From assembly GCA_905214865.1 (NCBI GenBank), contig CAJMNO010000005.1:51997-115996 (forward strand): DNA of 64,000 bases. The letters are read 5' to 3'. A program made the position numbers and the translations under genes. The notes below the pieces were generated by a model. The model did not search any database and had not been told where the DNA came from. It saw only the letters and a list, made by a program, of their open reading frames with translations. Position 1 is the stretch's first letter; every line of letters begins with the position of its first letter. The DNA comes from an uncultured bacterium. GTDB lineage: Bacteria; Actinomycetota; Coriobacteriia; Coriobacteriales; Atopobiaceae. This document shows, one piece after another, positions 39,487 through 47,771 of this stretch.

Positions 39487-40770
39487 TCACAGGCCCAGGA
39501 GGGCCCTCACGCGCGCGGCATCGCCCTGCGGGCTGCCCGTGCAGTCGATCTGGACGTCGGACCAGGAATGGTATGCCTCGGACCGCTCGCGCGCAAGCTC
39601 CCTCACGCCCCGCTCCTGCGAGATGGGCCTGCCCGCGAGCGACAGCTGACCGAGCGGCCGCTCCAACAGGACGATGGTGCCGTTCTGGTGGAGGAGGGCG
39701 TAGTTCTCCCGCCTGGTGACGATGCCGCCGCCGCAGGAGATCACGAGCCCGCTGCGGGCGCAGTAGCGCGAGGCGACCCTCGTCTCCTGCTCGCGGAAGG
39801 CCTCGGTCCCGTCCTGGCGGATGTAGGTCTCCACCGGCGTGTCGAGGTCGAGGGCGAGGGCCTCGTCCAGGTCCACAAAGGGCCTGCCCAGGAGGTGCGC
39901 AAGCGCCCTTCCGGCGGTCGTCTTGCCGGCACCGGGCATGCCGATGAAGACGACGTTCCTGGTCTGGGTGCGGATCCTCTCCACGAGGCGGGGGAGAAGC
40001 GCCTGGTCGAGCTCGTGGCCCTGGAACAGCTGGCTGGAGTAGAACGCCTGGGCGACGAGCATGGGGAGGCCGCTCTGGAACGGCACCCCCAGGCGCTCCG
40101 CCTGGAGGCAGATGCCCGTGCGCTCGGGGTTGTACACCACGTCCAGCACGCCCTGCAGGTGGGGGAGAGACCCAAGCACGCCATCCGCGAGCGGGCTCGC
40201 CGGGCAGGAGGGGAACATCCCCACGGGCGTGGTGTTCACCACGAGGGTCGCGTCCGCGTGCCGGTCGAGCAGGTTCGCGTAGGTGTCGTCGCCGGAGCGG
40301 GATATCACGACGGGCCTCGCGCCCGCCTCCTCCAGGGCCAGGACCACGGCCCTGCTCGCCCCGCCCGAGCCGAGGACGAGGGCCTTCTCGCCCGCGAGCG
40401 CGTTGGCGGCGGAACCGCCCAGTTCCTCCTCGCAGAAGCTGTCGAGGAGCCAGGAGAAGCCCAGAACGTCCGTGTTCTCAGCGAGGATGGTGCCGTCCTT
40501 CCTCCTCACCAAGGTGTTGGCGGCACCGCACGCCTCGACGCGCGGGCTTCTCTCGTCCGCAAGCCTCGCGGCGTCGACCTTGTAGGGGATGGTGACGTTG
40601 AGGCCGCGCCACGAGCCTTCCCTCACGAAGGGGGCGACCTCCTCGGGCTCGAGTTCGACAAGCTCGTAGGGGCAGGAGCCGAGCGCCTGGTGGATCTGAG
40701 GCGACCAGCTGTGACCGAGCGTGCGTCCCAGCAGGCCGAAGGGGGCGCGCCCCTTGCCGGCGAGCGGCAT
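39487..40770 (-). CDS. aroE: Bifunctional shikimate 5-dehydrogenase / shikimate kinase (AroE-AroK fusion)
   Basis: N-terminal AroE ('GLNVTIPYK', 'LVLGSGGASRAV'); C-terminal shikimate kinase (P-loop 'GMPGAGKTT'). Confidence 0.8.
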   Translation of the reverse strand: MPLAGKGRAPFGLLGRTLGHSWSPQIHQALGSCPYELVELEPEEVAPFVREGSWRGLNVTIPYKVDAARLADERSPRVEACGAANTLVRRKDGTILAENTDVLGFSWLLDSFCEEELGGSAANALAGEKALVLGSGGASRAVVLALEEAGARPVVISRSGDDTYANLLDRHADATLVVNTTPVGMFPSCPASPLADGVLGSLPHLQGVLDVVYNPERTGICLQAERLGVPFQSGLPMLVAQAFYSSQLFQGHELDQALLPRLVERIRTQTRNVVFIGMPGAGKTTAGRALAHLLGRPFVDLDEALALDLDTPVETYIRQDGTEAFREQETRVASRYCARSGLVISCGGGIVTRRENYALLHQNGTIVLLERPLGQLSLAGRPISQERGVRELARERSEAYHSWSDVQIDCTGSPQGDAARVRALLGL

Positions 40771-40771
40771 G

Positions 40772-41919
40772 CTAGACCACCTCCGAGTAGCTGCCCAGGT
40801 AGCGCACGTCCTCGCAGGCGTCGCCGATGGTCGCGATGAGCTCCTTGAACTGGGGTGCGGCGACGGGGCAGTCAACGTCGAAGTAGAACATGAACTCGAA
40901 GTCGCGGTCGGGGATCGGGCGGCTCTCGAGCTTGAAGATGTTGATGTCGAGGGCGTAGAACTTCTCCAGGACGTGGAAGAGCGCGCCAGGGCGGTGGCTC
41001 ACCACGAGCATGAGGGAGGTGCGGTCCGCCCCCGGGAACACCTGCAGGTCCTTTGAGATGCAGGCGAAGCGCGTGTAGTTGTTGCCCTTGTCCTGGATGT
41101 CGCGCGCGAGCGGGTCGAGCCCGTACAGCTCCGCGCAGGAGCTCGAGGCGATGGCCGCGACGCCGGGGCGCTCGCTCCTCGCGACCATCTGCGAGGCGAT
41201 CGCGGTGTTCTCGACGACGTGGACCGTGACGCCGTGGAGGTCGGAGAGGAACTGGTGGCACTGGTTGATGGCCTGCTCGTGGCTGTACACGTCGGTGATC
41301 TCCTCCAGGCCCACGCCGGGCTTGGCGAGGAGGTTGTGGTCGATCTTGAGGCGGCAGGTCCTCACGATGCTGAAGTTGTGGCGCATCATGAGGTCGTAGA
41401 CCTGGTTGACCGAGCCGGCGGTGCTGTTCTCCACGGGAAGCACGCCGTACTGGCAGAAGCCCTCCTCCACGGCGCGGAAGACGCCGTCGAAGGTGTCGAA
41501 GAAGCTGATGTCGGCATGGTGGAAGATGCGGTCGCAGGCTATCTGCGAGTAGGCGCCCTCCACGCCCTGGCAGGCGACGAAGGCGTCCTGGGGGAACAGG
41601 TCGGGGGTGGCGGAGGCGGCCGCCTCGATCCTCCTGACGACGTCGCTGCCCTCGGGGTCGAGCAGTCCGTGCTGCCTGTTGCGCGACGCCTCCATGAGGA
41701 GCTGCATGAGGACCTGGGCGTAGCTGCGCAGCTCGGGCGGGACCTTCGCTGCGGCGTCCTCGATGACTCGGCGCTCCCTCGAGCGGTCCAGGACCGGGAG
41801 TCCGTGGGCGGCCTTGTAGGCGGCTACCTTGTCGGCGCACTCCATGCGCCTCTGGAAGAGGGAGAGGATTCTGTCGTCAATCTGGTCGATCTCTTCCCTC
41901 ACCTGGCTGAGGTCCTCCA
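40772..41919 (-). CDS. pheA: Chorismate mutase / prephenate dehydratase (P-protein) with ACT domain
   Basis: Chorismate mutase type II helix-rich N-terminus; prephenate dehydratase motifs 'TRF' and 'ESRP'; TTG start with RBS AAGGAGG. Confidence 0.75.
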
Positions 41920-41933
41920 ACGTGTCCTCCTTG

Positions 41934-43070
41934 CTAGTTGGTGCCGAGCGTGAACGGATCGCCCTCGGGCGGGAACGAGAGCCACGCGTCGAGGAGCGAG
42001 AGGGCGCAGACCGCCTCTGCCACGGGGACCGCCCGCGGTGCGATGCAGGGGTCGTGCCTCCCGTGGACCTCCAGCACCTCGGGCTCGCCCGTGCCGAGGT
42101 TGACGGAGTCCTGGGGGCGGGAGATGCTGGAGGTGGGCTTGACGGCCATCCTGAACAGGACGGGGGCGCCGGTCGTGATGCCGCCCAGTATCCCGCCCGC
42201 GTTGTTCGTGCGCGGGGCCGGGCCGTCGGGCGTCGCGTCGAAGGGGTCGTTGTTCTCGCTCCCGCGCACGTCCGCCGCGCCGAAGCCGCTTCCAAACTCG
42301 ATGCCCTTCACCGCGGGGATGCCAAAGGCGGCACGGGCGACGAGGTTCTCGATGCCGTCGAACATGGGGGAGCCCACCCCGGCGGGGAGGCCGCAGGCCA
42401 CGCACTCGACGACGCCGCCGACGCTGTCGAGGTCCCTCCTCGCCGCGTCGATGGCGTCGAGCATGCGGCCGCCGGCCTCGGGGTCGATGGTGGGGAGGCC
42501 GTCCCTCTCCTCCAGCGCGTCGATCTGCCGGGAGAGCGCCTGGGAGTCCGAGCGCAGCGTGGCACGGAAGGGCTCGTCCTCCACGCCGGCGACCCGCAGG
42601 AGGTGCGCCCTCACGCGGACGCCGCGCGCCTCGAGCATCTGGATGGCGATGCCGCCCGCCACGCAGAGCGGGGCCGTGAGCCTTCCCGAGAAGTGCCCGC
42701 CGCCGGGGACGTCCTGGTTGCCGTGCCACTTTTCCCAGGCGGTGAAGTCGGCGTGTCCGGGGCGCGGGACCGCGAGCAGGTTGTCGTAGTCGTGGGAGCG
42801 CGTGTTGGTGTTGCGGATGACCGCGGCGAGCGGTGCGCCGCAGGTCCTCCCGTCGTGGTTGATGCCGCTCACGAACTCGGGCTGGTCCGCCTCCCTGCGT
42901 GGGGTCGACCAGGTGCCCTGGCCGGGGGCCCTCCTCGCCATGAAGGCGGAGAGCCGCTCCCCGTCTATCGCGAAGCCGCTGGGGAGCCCCTCGACCACGC
43001 AGCCGATCGCCTCTGAGTGAGACTGGCCGAACACGGTGACCCTGAGGGCATTGCCAAAAGTGGAGGGCAT
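41934..43070 (-). CDS. aroC: Chorismate synthase
   Basis: 'FGQSHSEAIG' and 'GRHDPCI' signature motifs. Confidence 0.9.
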   Translation of the reverse strand: MPSTFGNALRVTVFGQSHSEAIGCVVEGLPSGFAIDGERLSAFMARRAPGQGTWSTPRREADQPEFVSGINHDGRTCGAPLAAVIRNTNTRSHDYDNLLAVPRPGHADFTAWEKWHGNQDVPGGGHFSGRLTAPLCVAGGIAIQMLEARGVRVRAHLLRVAGVEDEPFRATLRSDSQALSRQIDALEERDGLPTIDPEAGGRMLDAIDAARRDLDSVGGVVECVACGLPAGVGSPMFDGIENLVARAAFGIPAVKGIEFGSGFGAADVRGSENNDPFDATPDGPAPRTNNAGGILGGITTGAPVLFRMAVKPTSSISRPQDSVNLGTGEPEVLEVHGRHDPCIAPRAVPVAEAVCALSLLDAWLSFPPEGDPFTLGTN

Positions 43071-43071
43071 C

Positions 43072-44397
43072 CTACTCCCACCCTTCCGTTACGTTGCCCC
43101 CCAGCGCCGCGAAGTCGGCGAAGAAGGCGGGATACGACTTTGAGACGCAGCTGGAGTCGTGGATCGTGGTGGGGCCCGAGGCGCCGGCGGCGGCGACCGC
43201 CGCCATCATCGCGATCCTGTGGTCGTTGCGCGCGTCCACCTCGCCACCGGCGAGCCGGGGCACGCCCTCGACGACGAGCTCGTCCCCCTCTATGCGCACG
43301 TTGGCGCCCAGGGCGTTGAGGCCGTCTCGCACGGTCACCAGGCGGTCGGACTCCTTCAGGCGCAGCCTCCCCGCGTTGGTGAAGCGCGTGGTGCCCTCGG
43401 CGGTCGCCGCGACCGCGGCGAGGGGAGGGACGAGGTCGGGGATGTCCGCCACGTCGATGGTGCGGCCGCGAAGGGCGTCGTGGGTGCAGCGCGCACTGTC
43501 GCCGCCGCGCGTGACGTGGGCCCCAAACGAGGCGAGCGCGCCGAGCACCGCCCTGTCGCCCTGGGAGCTCGAGAGGTCGAGCCCCGTCACCGTGACGCCC
43601 GACCCGCAGGACGCGCCCGCGGCGAGCCAGAACGCGGCGTTGGACCAGTCGCCCTCCACCGAGGCGACGCCGGGGGATACGAGCTCGGAGCCGGCAGGGA
43701 CCGAGTAGCGCGTGACCGCCGCCGTGCCGCGGGGCTCGCGGTCGACGGAGACGTGCACGCCAAACCTCGCGAGCGAGCTCACGGTGATCGCGACGTAGGA
43801 GCGCGACTGCATGGGCTCGCCCACCTCGACGTCGAGCCCGTCCGCAACGAGCGGGGCCGCCATGAGGAGGCCGCTCACGAACTGGGACGACACGTCACCG
43901 GGCAGGCGGTAGGTCCCGCCGGAGATGGGGCCCTGCACCCTGAGCGGGAACGCCCCCTGCCGGGAGAGCCGGGCCCCGTGCGACACGAGCTCCTCGTAGA
44001 GGGGCGAGAGGGGACGCTGGGCCAGTCGGCCGTGGCCGGTGAGGGAGCATGCCGCCCCCAGCGCGGCGACAACGGGGAGGAGGAAGCGGATCGTCGATCC
44101 GGACTCGCCGCAGTCGAGGGTCGCCCCCTCGGCAGCCCTCGGCCGGCCGGCCTCCCGTGGGATCGGGTTCACGCGGAACCCGCGCGAGGTCCGCGCGACG
44201 CGCGCGCCCAGCGAGCGCATGCAGTCCGCGGTCGCCTCGATGTCGCGCGACGTGGTCTCGCAGTCCAGGTCGACCCTCCCCCCGCAGAGCGCGGAGAGGA
44301 TCAGCATGCGGTGGGCCACCGACTTGGACGCGATGGCGGGGATCGTGCCTACCAGGGGGGCGGGCTGGATGACGGCGAACCTCTTCTCTCCCATCAC
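43072..44397 (-). CDS. aroA: 3-phosphoshikimate 1-carboxyvinyltransferase (EPSP synthase)
   Basis: 'PAIASKSVAHRMLILSAL' N-terminus (class II-like), 441 aa. Confidence 0.85.
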   Translation of the reverse strand: MMGEKRFAVIQPAPLVGTIPAIASKSVAHRMLILSALCGGRVDLDCETTSRDIEATADCMRSLGARVARTSRGFRVNPIPREAGRPRAAEGATLDCGESGSTIRFLLPVVAALGAACSLTGHGRLAQRPLSPLYEELVSHGARLSRQGAFPLRVQGPISGGTYRLPGDVSSQFVSGLLMAAPLVADGLDVEVGEPMQSRSYVAITVSSLARFGVHVSVDREPRGTAAVTRYSVPAGSELVSPGVASVEGDWSNAAFWLAAGASCGSGVTVTGLDLSSSQGDRAVLGALASFGAHVTRGGDSARCTHDALRGRTIDVADIPDLVPPLAAVAATAEGTTRFTNAGRLRLKESDRLVTVRDGLNALGANVRIEGDELVVEGVPRLAGGEVDARNDHRIAMMAAVAAAGASGPTTIHDSSCVSKSYPAFFADFAALGGNVTEGWE

Positions 44398-45509
44398 GCA
44401 CCGACCCCGCAGCCCAGGTCCACGAGCCTCTCGAACTCCTCAAGGGAGACGTGCCTCACCTCGACCGAGCCGATTGCCCGGGGGACAACGACGTTGACGC
44501 CGTCGCCGTGGCGCTTCTTGTCGTGCGTCGCGTACGAGACGATGAGGTCGTGGGGGAGGTCGGTGTCGGTGGGGAGCCCGTGCGCACGCACCAGGGCCTC
44601 GATCCGCCGGGGCACCTCCCGGTCGCACCAGCCCATCTCGCAAGCGGCGCGGGCGATGCAGCACATGCCCAGGGCGACGCAGCTTCCGTGGCCAAGGGAG
44701 AAGTCGCCCGCGGCCTCGACGGCGTGCCCGATGGTGTGGCCAAAGTTGAGGATCTGGCGCAGGCCGTGCTCACGCTCGTCGCTGGCGACCACGTCGCGCT
44801 TGATCTGCACGTTCCTCGCGACGACCCGCGCGAGCTCGTCCTCTGCGACCTCGCCGGTGAGGGGGTTGGCCTCGAGCCAGGCAAAGAGCTTGGGGTCGCG
44901 TATGACGCCGTGCTTGATCACCTCGCCGCAGGAGTCCCTGAACAGGTCGGGGGTGAGCGTGTCGAGGCAGTCCACGTCCGCGACCACCAGCCACGGCTGC
45001 CAGAAGGCGCCGCACAGGTTCTTCCCCGCGTCCAGGTCCACGGCGGTCTTGCCGCCCACCGACGAGTCGACCATCGCCAGGAGCGAGGTGGGGACCTGCA
45101 CGAGGCTGATGCCCCTCAGGTACAGCGCCGCGGCGAGCCCGGCCATGTCGCCCGTCACGCCGCCGCCCACGGCCACGACAACGTCGTCGCGCGTGAGACC
45201 CGCCTGGGCCAGACCGCCCAGGAGCTCCTCCACGGTCGAAAGGCGCTTGTTCCTCTCGCCCGCCTCGAAGATCTGAATGCAGGCGTCGTAGCCCGCGGCC
45301 ACGAGGGACTGGGCGACGGCGTCTGCGTAGAGCGGCGCCACGTTGGAGTCGGACACCACGCACGCGCGGCCGCCCCCGCACGCCTGGCGCGCGAGCCGGC
45401 CGACCTCGTCGATGACACCCTCGCCCACCACCACGTCGTAGTCACGCTGGCTCGTGGGGACGCGCACCACGATGGGCTCCCCCTCGATGCCGGCAGTCGT
45501 CTGGGTCAT
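44394..45509 (-). CDS. aroB: 3-dehydroquinate synthase
   Basis: 'GGGVTGDMAG' NAD-binding motif and 'NFGHTIGHA' metal-binding motif. Confidence 0.85.
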   Translation of the reverse strand: MTQTTAGIEGEPIVVRVPTSQRDYDVVVGEGVIDEVGRLARQACGGGRACVVSDSNVAPLYADAVAQSLVAAGYDACIQIFEAGERNKRLSTVEELLGGLAQAGLTRDDVVVAVGGGVTGDMAGLAAALYLRGISLVQVPTSLLAMVDSSVGGKTAVDLDAGKNLCGAFWQPWLVVADVDCLDTLTPDLFRDSCGEVIKHGVIRDPKLFAWLEANPLTGEVAEDELARVVARNVQIKRDVVASDEREHGLRQILNFGHTIGHAVEAAGDFSLGHGSCVALGMCCIARAACEMGWCDREVPRRIEALVRAHGLPTDTDLPHDLIVSYATHDKKRHGDGVNVVVPRAIGSVEVRHVSLEEFERLVDLGCGVGA

Positions 45510-46381
45510 CGGCCCTCGACCTCCCTCTTCCTGCGGTCGCCGTCTGCGAGGAGGCCCTGGAGCCTCTCCGCGTCGCGGTTGTCTATCGCGTCCTTGTACT
45601 CCTGCAGGTGCCCTATGAGGTTGCCTATCTCAAAGCTCAGGTTGTCCGCGTTGTCCAGGAACAGCTCGGTCCACATGGGCGCGTTGAGGCGCGCGACCCT
45701 GGTGAGGTCCCGGTACGAGCCTGCCGAGAAGCCCCTGTGCACGGTGCAGGAGGGGCTCTTGACGTAGGCGTTTGACACCACGTGCGCGAGCTGCGAGGTG
45801 AAGGCGATGACCTCGTCGTGGTGCTCCGGCGTCGAGAGGGTCATGCTGCCAAAGCCGCAGGGCTCCAGCAGCTGCTCCAGGCGCTCGAGCATGTCCGCCC
45901 GCTCGAAGTCGTCCATCTTGGGCGGCACCACGACCATGGGCGCGTTGTGGAACATGTTCGCCCGGCTGTGGGCGAAGCCCGAGTACTGGGTCCCCGCCAT
46001 GGGGTGGCAGCCCACGAAGGTCCAGGGCCTTCCCTCTGCGATCTTAAAGCAGCGCTCGCAGATCACCCGCTTCACGCCCACGGTGTCGATCACGATCGCG
46101 CCGGGCGAGAGGATGTCCGCCATCTGGGCGAGCCAGTCGATGGACACCTGGGGGTATCCCGCCAGGACGATCAGCTCGCAGGTGGGGACCACGTCGTCCG
46201 TGAGCTCCCCGTCAATGGTCTCAATCTCGGCGAGCTCGGTCACCGAGTGCGTCCTGTTCCAGCCGTACACCTCGCGGCCGCCCGCGTGGAGCGCCTTGGC
46301 GAACGACCCGCCCATCAGACCGAGTCCCACGATGCCAACGCGACCGGGCACGAGCGCCGTGCTCTGCTTCTCTTCTCCCAT
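45506..46381 (-). CDS. tyrA: Prephenate dehydrogenase
   Basis: 'VGIVGLGLMGGSFAKAL' Rossmann fold and 'GCHPMAG'. Confidence 0.8.
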   Translation of the reverse strand: MGEEKQSTALVPGRVGIVGLGLMGGSFAKALHAGGREVYGWNRTHSVTELAEIETIDGELTDDVVPTCELIVLAGYPQVSIDWLAQMADILSPGAIVIDTVGVKRVICERCFKIAEGRPWTFVGCHPMAGTQYSGFAHSRANMFHNAPMVVVPPKMDDFERADMLERLEQLLEPCGFGSMTLSTPEHHDEVIAFTSQLAHVVSNAYVKSPSCTVHRGFSAGSYRDLTRVARLNAPMWTELFLDNADNLSFEIGNLIGHLQEYKDAIDNRDAERLQGLLADGDRRKREVEGR

Positions 46382-46386
46382 GGCCC

Positions 46387-47406
46387 CTAGTCCAAATCTG
46401 CCTCGACGGCGGAGCGGATGAGCGAGATGCGCTTCATCGCGTCCGAGAACTGCGCGGGCGTGAGCGCCTGCGCGCCGTCCGAGAGCGCGTTCTGCGGGTC
46501 GTCGTGGACCTCCACCTCGAGGCCGTCGGCGCCCGCCGCGGTCGCGGCGTACGCGATGGGGCGCACGTAGCGGGTGTAGCCGGTGGCATGGCTGGGGTCC
46601 GCGATGATGGGGAGGTGCGACAGGTGGTGGACCACCGGGATCGCGTTTGCGTCAAAGGTGTTGCGGGTGCGGGTCTCGAAGGTCCTGATGCCGCGCTCGC
46701 ACAGGATCACGTTGGGGTTGCCCTCGCTCATCACGTACTCGGCGGACATCAGGAACTCGTCGATGGTGCAGCCCATCCCCCTCTTCAGGAGCACGGGGGC
46801 CTTCGTCCTGCCAAGCTCCCTCAGCAGCGGGAAGTTCTGGGCGTTCCTCGTTCCCACCTGCAGCACGTCGACGCCCCTGTCCAGGAAGCCCCCCACGTCG
46901 CGCGGGTCCATGACCTCGCTCACCACGGGCATGTCCAGCGAGTGGCCCACCTCGCAGAGCAGCTCAAGGCCCCTCTCGCCCATGCCCTGGTAGGAGTAGG
47001 GGCTGGTGCGGGGCTTGTAGGCGCCGCCGCGGAGCATCGTCGCCCCGGCCTCGCGCACGCCGCGCGCGATGTCCCAGAGGTTGTCGCCCTCCACCGAGCA
47101 GGGCCCCGCGATCACCTGGAAGTTGCCCCCTCCCAGGAGCACCCCGTGGCCGCAGTCGACCACGGTGTCCTCGGGGTGGAACTTCCTGTTGGCCTTCTTG
47201 AAGGGCTCCGAGACGCGCCTGACCTGGTCCACGATGTCCATGGACTCCAGGAGGAAGGGGTCAATCTTGGTCGTGTCGCCAATTATCCCGACGATCGTCT
47301 CGTTCTCGCCCCGCGAGACGTTGGTCTTGAATCCGCGCCCCTCGATCCACGAGACGAAGTGGTCAAGCTGGTCAGGCGTGGCGCTGTCCTTGACGATTGC
47401 AATCAT
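46387..47406 (-). CDS. 3-deoxy-7-phosphoheptulonate (DAHP) synthase, class I-beta with N-terminal ferredoxin-like regulatory domain
   Basis: Collinear with the Thermotoga-type DAHP synthase ('IAGPCSVE', 'LRGGAYKPRTSPYS', 'KRG', 'ADPSH'); start at MIAIVKD. Confidence 0.8.
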   Translation of the reverse strand: MIAIVKDSATPDQLDHFVSWIEGRGFKTNVSRGENETIVGIIGDTTKIDPFLLESMDIVDQVRRVSEPFKKANRKFHPEDTVVDCGHGVLLGGGNFQVIAGPCSVEGDNLWDIARGVREAGATMLRGGAYKPRTSPYSYQGMGERGLELLCEVGHSLDMPVVSEVMDPRDVGGFLDRGVDVLQVGTRNAQNFPLLRELGRTKAPVLLKRGMGCTIDEFLMSAEYVMSEGNPNVILCERGIRTFETRTRNTFDANAIPVVHHLSHLPIIADPSHATGYTRYVRPIAYAATAAGADGLEVEVHDDPQNALSDGAQALTPAQFSDAMKRISLIRSAVEADLD

Positions 47407-47528
47407 GAGCTGTGGTCTCCCTGCGGCCTGTGTGACCCCGTGTTTATGGCATATCTTCGCGATGCTACTACAACCCACATCCTAACTTCTGATGGGTCAA
47501 CAGGCGGAAACAAAGGGAGGTGGGGGAG

Positions 47529-47564
47529 AAACAACAAAACCCGCCCCCACCGATGGGGACGGGC
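47529..47564 (-). terminator. Rho-independent terminator between tRNA-Arg and the aro operon
   Basis: On the minus strand: GCCCGTCCCC-atcggt-GGGGGCGGG followed by TTTTGTTGTTTC. Confidence 0.55.
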
Positions 47565-47577
47565 TTCTCTCGTGCGA

Positions 47578-47654
47578 TGGTGACCCCAGTGGGGCTCGAA
47601 CCCACGACCTTTCGCTCCGGAGGCGAACGCTCTGATCCACTGAGCTATGGGGCC
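47578..47654 (-). tRNA. tRNA-Arg (anticodon CCG), CCA encoded
   Basis: Reverse complement folds as a cloverleaf: acceptor GGCCCCA/TGGGGTC, D-arm GCTCAGTGGATCAGAGC, anticodon arm TTCGC-CTCCGGA-GCGAA, T-arm GTGGG-TTCGAGC-CCCAC, 3' CCA. Confidence 0.8.
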
Positions 47655-47771
47655 GATAGGAGATTATAGCGAAAACGGGTGCCCTGGGAAGGGCGTTGGG
47701 TATGCTCTTCTGGTGACGGCGCGCCATATCGGCGGCAATGGGGTCCCGACGGGGTCGGGGAGGGGAGACGC

